Shown here one piece after another: positions 13,603-26,125 of a stretch of 64,000 nt of DNA. The first letter of the stretch is position 1. Each line of letters begins with the position of its first letter. Made by a program: the position numbers and the translations under genes. The stretch is from Neocallimastix sp. 'constans'. Lineage: Eukaryota. The notes beneath the pieces are model-generated. The model was given only the letters and a program-made list of their open reading frames with translations. It ran no database searches and was not told the DNA's origin. Location: the NCBI GenBank assembly GCA_050613775.1, contig JBODTK010000117.1, forward strand, positions 372,001 to 436,000, in the 5' to 3' direction.

Positions 13603-16600
13603 CTAATAATAATTCTTATCCATGATACCTTTTTCCATTTCTTTTTGATTCTTTAAAAGTTGTTGTTGTAAAAGTAAAATTTGTTGTTGCTGTTGTTTAA
13701 TTAATTGTTCTTGCATTTCATGTAAAATTTGTTGTTGCTGTTGTTTAATTAATTGTTCTTGCATTTCATGCTGATGAAGTAATTCCATATTCATACTCAT
13801 TGTCATACCTAAATCCATATTACTTAAACCTAAATTTTTATTTAAATTATTTTCAAAATTAAAATCTAAATTTTCATTTATATCATTATCAATAATATCA
13901 TCATCAACATCAATTCCTCCTTCTTCAAATGAATTCATACCATTTTTATTTAATGAAAAGTTTGGTATTTGATTTTGTGCTTGAATATATGGTGATCCTA
14001 TTGGTTTACTTTTTGGTGAAAGTATTGGAGAATAACTTGGGATTCTACCTAAACCCTCAATTCCCGGTAAAAGTGGGGAACGTCTATAATTATTAAGGGA
14101 AGCAGGTGATACTGGGGAAAGCACTGGTTTCATACTTGGACTTGAAAGGCTAAAACCATTTAAACCTTTAATATTTGATGATATAGCACTTCCATTACCA
14201 TTACCATTACTATTTCCACTGAAAGGAGTATATGGTGAAGTTTGACCGTTCATTAATGGTGAAGAAGAAATCATGGGTATCATTGATGGGGAGTTTATTC
14301 TTGAAGTTCTTTTACCATTAATAGAAGTCATATTAGGGGATGGCAACATGCTAGAATAACGTGGTCTAAAAGATTCCTTACGAACAGGATGTTTTGTAAC
14401 ACGAACATTTTTAGCACTCTTTTTAATACTATTAATATGATAATCAGGTGGTTGAGCACTAATTTTAGGAGAAAGAAGTGGGGAATTAATGGATAAATCA
14501 CTATAGTTACCACTACCACCATAACTATTATTAGTACGATGGGAAGGAAGGCCATTAGTTGAAGTAATTTTATTATTGTTAGTATTTATATTACTTTTTC
14601 TATTATTTTTATTACTATTACTATTACTATTACTGGAATAACCAGTAAGTTCATCATAAAGGGAACCAAGATCACCAGTGATACTTTGACTTTTAGTAGA
14701 ATTTTTATCGTCTCCTTCCATACCTGGCTTTGGTGGTAATTTAGTATTACTAAATTTATCTCTGGCAATAATACTTTTAATGGATGTTACCCAAGATTGA
14801 CATTTTTGTTTACTATCACATCCAATAATAATGTATCTTCTACTTTTACTATCAACTGGCCAATTTGAAGTGATCTCAAAAAAGAATGGAACAACACTAA
14901 TAGGATCAAATAATTCTCGAATTGTAGTTTTTGAATTAATTGGAATAGAAGCACGAGGATGACTATTTGGATCATTATTTGTGAAATAATATATCCAATT
15001 ATCTTGAGTTAAAACAACAAATCGTTTTTTCCATCCTTTTAAAATACCATGAGCTAAGTAAAGATGATCAGTTAAAATGGGTTTAAGTGAAGATAAGGTT
15101 GGCATGACTAAACGAAGTGATTCATCAACTTCTTCCCATTCTTTTACCTTTTCCTTTTTATTTTCTAAAGCCTTCCTATCAAATATTTCTGCTGTTCTAT
15201 TACTATTTTGATCCATATTAATGGTTTTACTTGGTGGATCACTTAAACCAATAATTTTTAAAGCTTTTGAACTAATAATACCATTAACTTGATTTTCTCC
15301 ATCATTAATTGAATAACGAGAAAGGTTTAAATTATCCATAGAAGAAGGAAGACCTACTGATTTTGATTGAGGAGACATTACAGGTAAACCAATCGTTTGA
15401 TGTTTTGGAGAAAGTGGACTACCGATACCAATAGATCGATTAAATGGTGATAGTGGACTTGTCAAACCCTTTCTATTAGTATTACTGTTAATACTACCAC
15501 TAACACTACCATTTGAACTCATTAAATCACTTTCTGAAATACCAAAGACTTTAAGGGCCTTTTGACTCATACTAAATGAACTGTTACCAGCACTACCGTA
15601 AGAATTATTTGAATGTATTGATCCCATGGTCAACATGTTTGGATTTCCCATCAAATCATCTTCATCAAGATTTAAATTAATTTCATTATCATCCTCATTA
15701 AATAAAATACTATTTCTATATTTTTCTTCCACAAATTTTGTGGAAGGTGAATTATTCATATTCATATTCATATCCATATTCATCATTATACGATTTTGTG
15801 ATGAATTACTAGATTGTCGAATATGGCTATTATTTTTGTTTTTGTTGTTATTTAATTTATTAGCTACATGTGGATTAGTAAGTGGAGCAGCCATAAGCAT
15901 TTCTAATTCCTTTTCATCAAATTGGAAATTAGCGAATTCATTTTCTGGTGGACCATTCATACCTAACATCTTAAGAGCCTTTGCACTCATATTTGGAATT
16001 GATTGATTTTCAACGCCAACCAATTTCAAAGCTTTCGTACTAATAGCTGGACTTCCAGCAACACTCATTCTATTTCCCTTACCAAACATACCTGAAGTGG
16101 ATGGTTTAGAATTTCTTAATATTTTTAAATTATTATTTAATGATTGATCAATATCGAAATCATCCTCTTCTTCTTCTTCACGAAGAATATTACTATATAA
16201 AGTTCTTTCTAAGTCATATTCTTTTGGATTTCTTTGAATGGTAATATCATTAACATATTCTGGTGACAATGGTCCTTCAACAACAGCTGGTAATGGTAAA
16301 ATATCATTTTCTTCATTCATTAAACTATCAGTATAATACTGTTTTCTTGGATTTGCATAGGTAGAAACAGGTCTCTTTTGATCATTATATAAATAAGATC
16401 TTGTATTTTGTTCACCACTAATAGAATTAGATCTAAGATTTGAGAAATTTGGTTTACCATATTCAGAACCTGAACCATTAATGTAGTATGGATTATTAAG
16501 AGATGATTTTCTTACTAATCTACCGTGCGGTGGAAGTGGAAGTTGAATTTTACCAGGTATAATGTTACCATTAACTTTCTTTATCATATTAAATTTAATT

Positions 16601-19407
16601 TCATCATCACCTTCATAACCATCATTTTCAGATGGTCTCAATTTTGGAGTTTTATAATTTTGAATATGACTATCTAAATCTTCTAATAAATTTTCTATAT
16701 TAGAAAATGTATCTTTCAATTTTTTACTTGAAGTTTTTGAAGCTTCAGACTTAGTATTATTAATTGATATTTCTTTTGGTGTATTAACAGTATTTTCGGT
16801 TTTATCTTTTTCTTCTTTAGCTTCTTCTATTTCCTTAGTTTCATTTTTTACTTCCTTCTCTGGTTTTGATTGTTCAGGTACTTCAGATTTCATAATTTCA
16901 GAGTCCTCTTTTGTTTCCTTTGATTCCTCTTGAGCTAATACATCTATTTCTTTTTGTTCTGGTTTTTGTTCTTCTTTTTGTTCTTGCTCAGCAGAAGGTA
17001 AAGCTTCTTTATTCTTATTAATAGTTGGATTTGAAGAATCATTATTGTTTTCGGTTACAACATTATCAGTTAAAACACTATTATTTATTGAATTACGATT
17101 ACTACGTATACTATTATTAGAATCTGAATTTACAGAATTACTAATAGATAAATTACAAAGAGAGGAAGAAAGACTAGTACGGTTTGATTTACTGTTTAAA
17201 TTATCTTCATCCATATCATGATTAAATTCTGTTAAACGGCCTAATGAATAATGATGAATATGACCATTTTTATTCATTAATGCATCATTTTGATGATTAC
17301 TATTCTTTGAAGTCTCATTAGAAATGAAATGTGGTGGTAATGGGCCATGTGGAGTAGGTGGTAAAGGAATATCTGGTGGAGGTTGTGGAGGTGTTATTTG
17401 AAGATGAAGATTTGAAATACTGTTAATACTATTACGACTTTGATGACTTTGATAGCTATTACGAAAACTATTACGTTTATTTGAAAGAAGATAATCAATC
17501 TCTAATGAGTTACGATTATTACTTGAAGTAAATGGTTGAGACGAAATATGTAATGAATCCTTTTTATTATGTTTTTGTAAACCTTTTTTAATCAATTCTT
17601 CCTTTGATTCAGAATTTCGAATTAAAAATTGTTCTTCGGCATTTTTAATTTCATTAATCGATTTTAAAGCATTTGTGTATCCATTTAATTCTTTAATGCA
17701 TTCTTCATTACTTGAAGATTTAACTACTATTTGGTCATTGTTATTTTCTGATAAATCAACAACTTCCACCTGAATTGGTTGTTCATTATTATTAGTATTA
17801 TCAGAATTAATTTTTTCATTTGATGTAACATGTTCTTTATCACCATTTAAATCATTAATATCAACTTTAAACGGTTGATTATTATTACAATTTTTATTAT
17901 CTTTAAATTCATTATTTTTTTCTACTATTTCAACTTCTTCTATCATTTGACCTTTGGAAATAGATTCATTTTGCTTAGCAGAATCTAATTTATCATCAAC
18001 AAAAGCTTTATATTCATTTTCAACTTTTTGAATTATATCTTTTACCATTTCTGGATTAATTGCTGTAGCTGTTTTATTTTCTTCAAATGGTTCTTTCGTT
18101 ATACCAGAATTTTGATCTGAAATTGAACTTGATTGAGATTCACAATCACTATCAATAACTTGAGATAACTGAGATATTATGGATTCTTTATTGTATAAAT
18201 TATCCTCTTGAATATTTTCATTCAAATGATGATCCTCACATACAATATTAATATCTTTTTCTTTATCTTTATTATTTTCTTCTACTTCAATTTCATCCGA
18301 TTCTTTAATTTCTTTTTCCAAAGAAGCTACTTCCTCTGTAATGTTAGCTATTTCTTCGTTAATTTTTTCATTATAATTATCTTTAGTTTCCTCTTTCTCT
18401 TTTTCTTCAATAGTTTTATTACTTCCAACTTCTTTTTCGTTTTGGACTTCTACATCTTCAACGGTTTCATTAACATCAATTGTTTCTTTTTCTTCTTTAA
18501 TTTTATTAATTTCATTGGATTCTTTTCCTTCTTCAATATTTTCATTAATTTCTACTGTTTCTTTTTCTATTTCTTCCTTATTTCCAATATTTTCATTAAT
18601 TTCTACTGTTTCTTTTTCTATTTCTTCCTTATTTCCAATATTTTCATTAATTTCTACTGTTTCTTTTTCTATTTCTTCCTTATTTCCAATATTTTCATTA
18701 ATTTCTACTGTTTCTTTTTCTATTTCTTCCTTATTTTCAATACTTTCATTAATTTCTACTGTTTCTTTTTCTATTTCTTCCTTATTTTCATTATTTTCTT
18801 TAATTTCTACTGTTTCTTTTTCAATAGTTTCCTTATCTTCAATATTTTCATTAATTTCTATTATTTCTCTTTCAAAAGCTTCCTTATTTTCTTTTTCATT
18901 CTCCTCCAATATGGTGTCTTTATTTTCATCTGATTCAAGTTTTTCTTCTTTTAATGTTAAATTGTTATCCTTATTTATATTCTCATTAACTTTTTCTTTT
19001 TCTTCATTATGCTCTACACTATTCTCTTTATTATTAATATCTTTTTCAGTTATATTTTCATTAAGAATTTGCGTATCTTCAATTTCTGTATCGCTTAATG
19101 AAAAACTTACATCATCATTTTTTTCTTTTTTAGAACTATGAGCAATACGTTTTTCAAATAATTTTAATATATTTTTAACCTTACTTCTCTTCTTAGATTT
19201 TTCTTTACTCTTTTCACTCTTAGTACTCTTAATACTTTTTGTTGAAGTTTCACTGACAAAACTTGAAGTTTTATTTAATTTTTTAATGTCATCTGTTACT
19301 GTAAGTGAATTCGAAGAATTTTTATTTAATGTTTTATTTACATTATTATTTACATTAGAAAAAACATTTTTACTTGTATCAGAATTTGTTTGTAAATTAT
19401 CTCCCAT
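13603..19407 (-). CDS. Large intronless, mostly low-complexity protein (1934 aa) with acidic tandem repeats, a Pro-rich segment and one PH domain
   Basis: 5.8-kb open frame in AT-rich DNA. PH signature KGWKKRFVVLTQDNWIYYF...ASIPI...FFFEI...IIGCDSKQKCQSWVTSIKSII at about 15070-14770; C-terminal Gln-rich coil. Confidence 0.88.
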   Translation of the reverse strand: MGDNLQTNSDTSKNVFSNVNNNVNKTLNKNSSNSLTVTDDIKKLNKTSSFVSETSTKSIKSTKSEKSKEKSKKRSKVKNILKLFEKRIAHSSKKEKNDDVSFSLSDTEIEDTQILNENITEKDINNKENSVEHNEEKEKVNENINKDNNLTLKEEKLESDENKDTILEENEKENKEAFEREIIEINENIEDKETIEKETVEIKENNENKEEIEKETVEINESIENKEEIEKETVEINENIGNKEEIEKETVEINENIGNKEEIEKETVEINENIGNKEEIEKETVEINENIEEGKESNEINKIKEEKETIDVNETVEDVEVQNEKEVGSNKTIEEKEKEETKDNYNEKINEEIANITEEVASLEKEIKESDEIEVEENNKDKEKDINIVCEDHHLNENIQEDNLYNKESIISQLSQVIDSDCESQSSSISDQNSGITKEPFEENKTATAINPEMVKDIIQKVENEYKAFVDDKLDSAKQNESISKGQMIEEVEIVEKNNEFKDNKNCNNNQPFKVDINDLNGDKEHVTSNEKINSDNTNNNEQPIQVEVVDLSENNNDQIVVKSSSNEECIKELNGYTNALKSINEIKNAEEQFLIRNSESKEELIKKGLQKHNKKDSLHISSQPFTSSNNRNSLEIDYLLSNKRNSFRNSYQSHQSRNSINSISNLHLQITPPQPPPDIPLPPTPHGPLPPHFISNETSKNSNHQNDALMNKNGHIHHYSLGRLTEFNHDMDEDNLNSKSNRTSLSSSLCNLSISNSVNSDSNNSIRSNRNSINNSVLTDNVVTENNNDSSNPTINKNKEALPSAEQEQKEEQKPEQKEIDVLAQEESKETKEDSEIMKSEVPEQSKPEKEVKNETKEIEEAKEEKDKTENTVNTPKEISINNTKSEASKTSSKKLKDTFSNIENLLEDLDSHIQNYKTPKLRPSENDGYEGDDEIKFNMIKKVNGNIIPGKIQLPLPPHGRLVRKSSLNNPYYINGSGSEYGKPNFSNLRSNSISGEQNTRSYLYNDQKRPVSTYANPRKQYYTDSLMNEENDILPLPAVVEGPLSPEYVNDITIQRNPKEYDLERTLYSNILREEEEEDDFDIDQSLNNNLKILRNSKPSTSGMFGKGNRMSVAGSPAISTKALKLVGVENQSIPNMSAKALKMLGMNGPPENEFANFQFDEKELEMLMAAPLTNPHVANKLNNNKNKNNSHIRQSSNSSQNRIMMNMDMNMNMNNSPSTKFVEEKYRNSILFNEDDNEINLNLDEDDLMGNPNMLTMGSIHSNNSYGSAGNSSFSMSQKALKVFGISESDLMSSNGSVSGSINSNTNRKGLTSPLSPFNRSIGIGSPLSPKHQTIGLPVMSPQSKSVGLPSSMDNLNLSRYSINDGENQVNGIISSKALKIIGLSDPPSKTINMDQNSNRTAEIFDRKALENKKEKVKEWEEVDESLRLVMPTLSSLKPILTDHLYLAHGILKGWKKRFVVLTQDNWIYYFTNNDPNSHPRASIPINSKTTIRELFDPISVVPFFFEITSNWPVDSKSRRYIIIGCDSKQKCQSWVTSIKSIIARDKFSNTKLPPKPGMEGDDKNSTKSQSITGDLGSLYDELTGYSSNSNSNSNKNNRKSNINTNNNKITSTNGLPSHRTNNSYGGSGNYSDLSINSPLLSPKISAQPPDYHINSIKKSAKNVRVTKHPVRKESFRPRYSSMLPSPNMTSINGKRTSRINSPSMIPMISSSPLMNGQTSPYTPFSGNSNGNGNGSAISSNIKGLNGFSLSSPSMKPVLSPVSPASLNNYRRSPLLPGIEGLGRIPSYSPILSPKSKPIGSPYIQAQNQIPNFSLNKNGMNSFEEGGIDVDDDIIDNDINENLDFNFENNLNKNLGLSNMDLGMTMSMNMELLHQHEMQEQLIKQQQQQILHEMQEQLIKQQQQQILLLQQQLLKNQKEMEKGIMDKNYY
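18535..18870 (-). repeat. Coding 51-bp (17-aa) tandem repeat EEIEKETVEINENIGNK, about 6 copies
   Basis: Visible in DNA and translation; central copies identical. Confidence 0.9.
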
Positions 19408-22400
19408 GTTTAATATTTATTAAATTTAAATAAATAATCTTAAATTATTTTTATTTTATTTTTATTTTTATTTCAAAAAATTTTTTCTTATATATTTAAG
19501 TATTCACTGTTATTCTTTTTATTAAATATTTACATAACTTTTTAATAAATATTTTTTAAAAAATTTATTATATATTTGATATATTGATTTTTACTAAATT
19601 TTAAATTATTTATTGTTTGTTATTTATTTTTGTTTTTGTTTTTATTTTTTGTTTCTTATTTTTGCTTTATTTAATTTGTTTTATGTTTATTGTCTTTTAT
19701 TTTGTTTGTTTCGACTTTAATTTTTTAATTTAATTTTGTTTGGAATGATATATTTTGTTCGTTTAGTAATACTTTATGTCAAATAATAACTTTATTGTAA
19801 TTCGTTTATATAAAATATATATATATTTAATAACCTAATTTTGAAATTTAAAGTTATATAAATCCTTTATATTTATATTATAGTTTTATTCTATAGTATA
19901 AAATACTATTAATATTAATAATATAAATATATGAATTATTTTTAAAATAACAATTAATACTAATTATATAAATATATGAATTATTTTAAAAATAATTAAT
20001 ATTAATTTCACTTTTTTAATCAATTATATCGTTTTTTAATTTATACTATAAAAATATATTTAAGCATATATTTAGTATTTCTATATTTTATTTAAATAAA
20101 AGAATAGTGTTTTAAAATATTTTCTTTCAACAAAATAAAAAAAAAAAAAAGAAAATACAATTTTAACCCTAAATCAATTTCAAAAATATTATATTGTTTA
20201 AAAATTATATATATTTATTGAATATTGATTTATATAGGGGAAAATATATTTTCTTTCTTATTATATATATATTTTTTTCTAAACTATAAATATATATATA
20301 AAAATTATATATACTTATTGAATAATGATTTAATATAGGGGATAATATATTTTCTTTTTTGTTTAATATTTTTTTTCTCTACTATAAATATTATAATATC
20401 TTTAATTTGAATTAAAATTAATGTAGAATTATTTTTATAATTACTTATTTTTGTTGTTACTAGTACTATTTTTGTCAATAATTTGATTTATTCTATTTAT
20501 ATTTGTTTTAATAAATAAATTTCAAAATTAACATTTTTTTAATTTTAATAACATCTCTATAATTTTTTATTGTGATTTTATATATTTAACTCTAACTTCC
20601 ATTATTTTTTTTTCTTTTTCTTATTATTATTAATATAAAAAATATTTTAAAAAAAAATAATAAATCTAGAATTAAAATGTTTTTCTATATAATTTTAAAA
20701 GATTTCAATTTAAATAAAATTTTATCTAAATAAATAAAAAATTATAAGATAATCTTTAAAATTTATTATCTCTATTTATTTATTATTTTTTTTTCTATTA
20801 TTTTTATATTTTTGAAAAGAAAAAAAAATAGAAAATTTTGTTTTGAAAAAAAAAAAAAAAAAAAAAAGTTGTTAATTTTTTATTAATTATTATTACTTTA
20901 TATTATTAATATATAATTTGAATTAATTTTAGTCTGATAATATATTATACCATTAAAAAGAAAATGAAAAAGAAAATGAAAATGAAAAAAAAAATAAACT
21001 ATATAAACTATATTAAAAAGTTAAACATTTAAATTTGTTATTAATAATTAATAATTAATATATTATATTAATATATAAATAAAATTTAATACTGTTTGAA
21101 TATTATATTTACTAATATAAGCCAATAAAATCAATATTAATAAAGTTTTCATTCAAATTATTAAAACTACAGACAAAGTGTTACAATGTAAAAAAAAAAA
21201 AAAAAAAAAATTGTTATGATCAATTTAATTCTAATTTAATTAATCAATTTATAAATATATATATGATATTTAATTAATATATAATTTACTATTTAGTAAA
21301 ATATGAAAATGAAATATTACTATAAATTAAAATATTAAATAGAAATATTTCGTGTAACCAATAATTATATGAAATAAGCTAATATGAAATTATATTTAAT
21401 ATATATTATTATTTAAAATAATTAAAATAATATGTAATATTATTTAAATAATATTTATATAAAAAATTATATATAATAGTATATTCTAATATAAATATGA
21501 ATATAACAAACTCAATCAACAAATATAAATTAATATATAATATATAGATCGAAATTTAATAAAAAAGTTATATAAAAATTAAAATATAAATAAAATTCAT
21601 AATACAAAAATACTAAAATATAAAATTGTTTATAATATTAATAAAATTAATATTTTTAAAGTTATTATAATTATTATTAATATTACCATAATTATTATTA
21701 TTGAAAATATTATTACTAGAATAGAAAAAACTTTAAATGTTTTAAATATTTATGAAATAAATTATATATAAAGTTTTTTCTATAATTTATTTCATAAATA
21801 CTTAAAACATTTTAACATTAATATTTACAAATGTATAAAATAAATAAATAGTAAAACATTTTAACATTAATATTTACGAATATATAAAATAAATAAATAG
21901 TTAAGGAAATTGCTAGTATAAATAAAATGAAATTTTATAAATTATAATTTTACTCTTATTTGAGAATATATTCTTATATTAAAAAATTAAAATTATTTAA
22001 TGTATTTAATAATTCTTTAAACAAAATTTTGTTATAATTTCAATTAATTTTTCAATAATAAAATTATAATAACAATAATAAATACTAATGATAATAAACA
22101 ATATTTTATTAATAATCTATATAGTCATATGAAATATTAGTAAATATAAATTATAATAATAATAAAAATAAACAATATTTTATTTTAAATATAAATAAAT
22201 ATAATTATATATTTATAATAAACAATATTTTATTATTAAATATTTAGTCCTATGAAATAATATTAAATAATAAAATTTATCATATTTCATTATTTTTATA
22301 TTTTTTATATTTTTTTATTTATTTCATTTAATTATATTATGAAATTTAATAAATAATAATAATATAATAATCAAAATAATAATAATAATAATAATAACAA

Positions 22401-22438
22401 TAACAATAATAACAATAATAAGAATCATAATCATAATC

Positions 22439-22469
<31 letters not shown>

Positions 22470-25400
22470 ATCAAATATGTTCATTAATTGAAATTATATA
22501 ACAACATAATTATTTTAATTATTTATAATAGTTATTATAATTTATATATAATTTTATTAAAATGATAAAATAAACATTTTTTTTATCTAACTCTAAAAAG
22601 TTAAAATTATATTAATTATATATATATTAAATTACGGCAATATAACAAATAATTAAAAAATTAAAATTTAATTTAAACACTGATTTTTTATTATTAATAA
22701 AATTGATATTAAATATACTAATATTGATTAATACACGAAAAAAAAAGAATTTATCGTTTATTATTATTATTGTTATTATAAAAATAAATTTAAATATATA
22801 ATTTAAATGTTTAATATATAATTTAAATGTTAAATGTTGAAGAAATATATATAATTGTTTATTATATAGAAAATAAAAAGAAAAATATATATTATAGTTT
22901 ATCAATAGAAAATAAAAATAATTAACTTATTAAAATTTAAATTATTGCGGTTGAAAGTATAATTATAGTACTATAATATTAGTGTATATATAATTGTTTA
23001 AGTTTCTTAAAAATCAGTAAATAATAAACTCCTAATATTAAAAGCATGTCTTCATTACATCTTTACAACTTTATTTTCTAAAAATGAACTTTTATAGCCT
23101 GTTTTATTCAAAAAAAAAAATAATAATAATAAAAATAAAATATAATATAAATATAAGTATTATTTATATTAAAATAATTTTTTTATTAATACTATTTCTA
23201 TTTATATAAATAATTTGGTACTTTTATTAATTAAATATTATTTTAGATATATAAATAATTGTATATTGTAAAACACGTGGAATTTAGCCATGTTATATTT
23301 TATACACATAAAAAAAATCTATTTATTTATTATTCATAATATTTGTATATGTTAATTATTTATTTTTTATAAATATTTACATTTAAAATAATTATATAAA
23401 AAATCTTTACTGAAAATTTACGTATTACTAAATATTATCAATTTTATTAGCATTATTTGTAAATACATATGCATCAATTTTTTTATCAATTTTATTAGCA
23501 TTATTTGTAAATACATATGCATCAATTTTTTGTAACTATTATAAATTTTTCTATATTATTTATTATTAAAACATTAACAATTTGTTTTATTATTAAATTT
23601 TGATAATAATAAAACCATATATACAGTAATAAAAAAAATTTTTTTAGATTAATAATATTTGATAATAATAGAATAAAAAATAAATGTTACACAATAGAAA
23701 AAAGTTATTCAACACAATTTTTATATTATTGTAATAATAAAAAATTTATTTGTAATACAAATTATTCAAATCATAAATAATTAAATATCCACTTTCATAT
23801 TAATATAAATAATTAAATATCCACTTTCATAATAACATAAATAATTAAATATTCAAACTACCATAATAATATAAATAATAATATAATTAAAATATTCATT
23901 ATCATAATATAAATAATTAAATATTCATTATCATATTTTTTTTCTTTTGTAAATTTATAGTTATTTTTTACACTAATGATTTTTTTTTCACTTTGAATAT
24001 AATTTTCATATACTTCTTATTTTAATTATATATTTAAATTTTAATATATAATTTATTTTTTTTTTTTAGTTTTCATTCAAATTTATAAAATATACATACT
24101 TATAATATTAACAATAAAGCCTCTAGTAAAGGAAAATTTTTATTATATGACATCTATTAATTAAGGCTCCAAATTTTATATATATATCAACAACATGGTT
24201 TTATGACAAAATATATGCAAAAACTATATGCAAATAAACTCCAAAAACACTGAATATTATAAATGAAACAATCGAAATGGTTAAACGAAATGAAGCGAAC
24301 GAAGACAATAGTTTGATTTACCGTTTAAATACACAATTATTTAAGAAGGATTAGCAATAAAATAATTTACAATGAAATCTATTATTAATGCATTTGCAAA
24401 AAACCTAAAATATATTATCACTTTTAATGAATTTTAAGCTTATTTATAGTAAAGTAGTCTTTATCCATTTACTATGCTAGTACTTGGAAATGGTAAATCA
24501 TATATAGAAGAATAAAAAAATTTAGACTACTGACAAATAAAAAAAATATGTACTGACTAAATATTTACACAAAATATATATTTTTTGTTATGTTACATAA
24601 AATTATTTATTATATAATAAATATATATAAATAATAATAAAACTATAAAATTAAAAAATATCAAATTATATTTAAAAAATAATAAAAAAATTAATTAAAA
24701 ATAAAAATAAAATTAGCTCACTTTAAAAAAAAAAAAAATTATAGTTACTGTTACAATACATAAATTTAACCAATCACAATTTAAATAAATAGTAAACTTA
24801 TCCAATAATTTCATTCTTTAATTAAATAATTTTTTTTAATAAAAAATTTTACTACCTTATATTATAATAGTACATATATTATCTTATTTTTTAGTTATCT
24901 TTTATTTAAATCTTTTTTAAAATCATTTTTCATTAGTAAAAATATACAATATATATTATGAAGAGATTAATATAAATATGAATAAAAATATAAATGCAAA
25001 TATAAAAATTATACTAAATTTTCGTTACTATTGAAAATGATTATCAGATAATATTTTATTTAATATTTAGTTTTAATTATATTTAGTATAAATTTATACT
25101 ATTATTTTTAATATTTTAATTAAAAATAATATTTTAATAGTTATATATAATGTAATAAAATGTATACAAAAAAAGAGGCAATGTAAATTTAAGTAATAAT
25201 TTAAAAGTTATTTTTATTAATTTATACATCTATTTATTTAATAGGAATTAATTACTATTTTAATATATTTATAATATATATTGTTGAAATATATAAATAT
25301 TTATTTATTTATTTATATTATTATTATTAGTAGATATATTTATATTTCTTAATATTATTTCCTATCATAAATTTATCTGTATAACATAAATTTAATATTA

Positions 25401-26125
25401 ATGATTAAATACTGATAATAGGAAAAGAAATAGGAAAAGAGAATAGAAAAAAAAAAATTAAAAAAAATTATATTAATTTTTTAAATTTTATATTCTCGAT
25501 TTAAAAATCTTAAAATTTTATACTTCTAATCTTCATATTGAATAGTTATTATTTTTTTTTTTTTTTTCAATTTTTTTTTATTATAAATAATTAAAAAAAA
25601 AAAAAAAAGAAAATATAGAAAATATATATATATATAAAAATGAAATAGAATATAGTATTATAAAACAACTAGTATTCTTCCCTTTTTTTATTTAAATTTA
25701 TATATATTTATTTAATTACTTATATTATTAATACATATAATAAAGTACGTTTAAAGGTATATATTTTTATTGTAATTTAAAAATATTTGAAATATAGTAA
25801 ATAAAATATTCTTGTTAGAATTGATATATTTATGGAATATATATTTAATAAAATTTAATAATCTAAATCTGCAATCAAAACATTTTATTGATATTATTAA
25901 TTTATATAATAATAAAATAATAATTTAAATAACAAATAATAGAAGTGATTAATAAACCTAAAACAAATTATAATAATGTATATAAAATAAAAGAATAAAA
26001 AATAAAGAATAAAAAATAAAAAAAAATAATTCAGAAAGAAATGAAATGATACTAATAATAATATATATTATAATAATAATATATTAAATATATTTATAGT
26101 ATAAATCAATAATACGAAAACAAAA

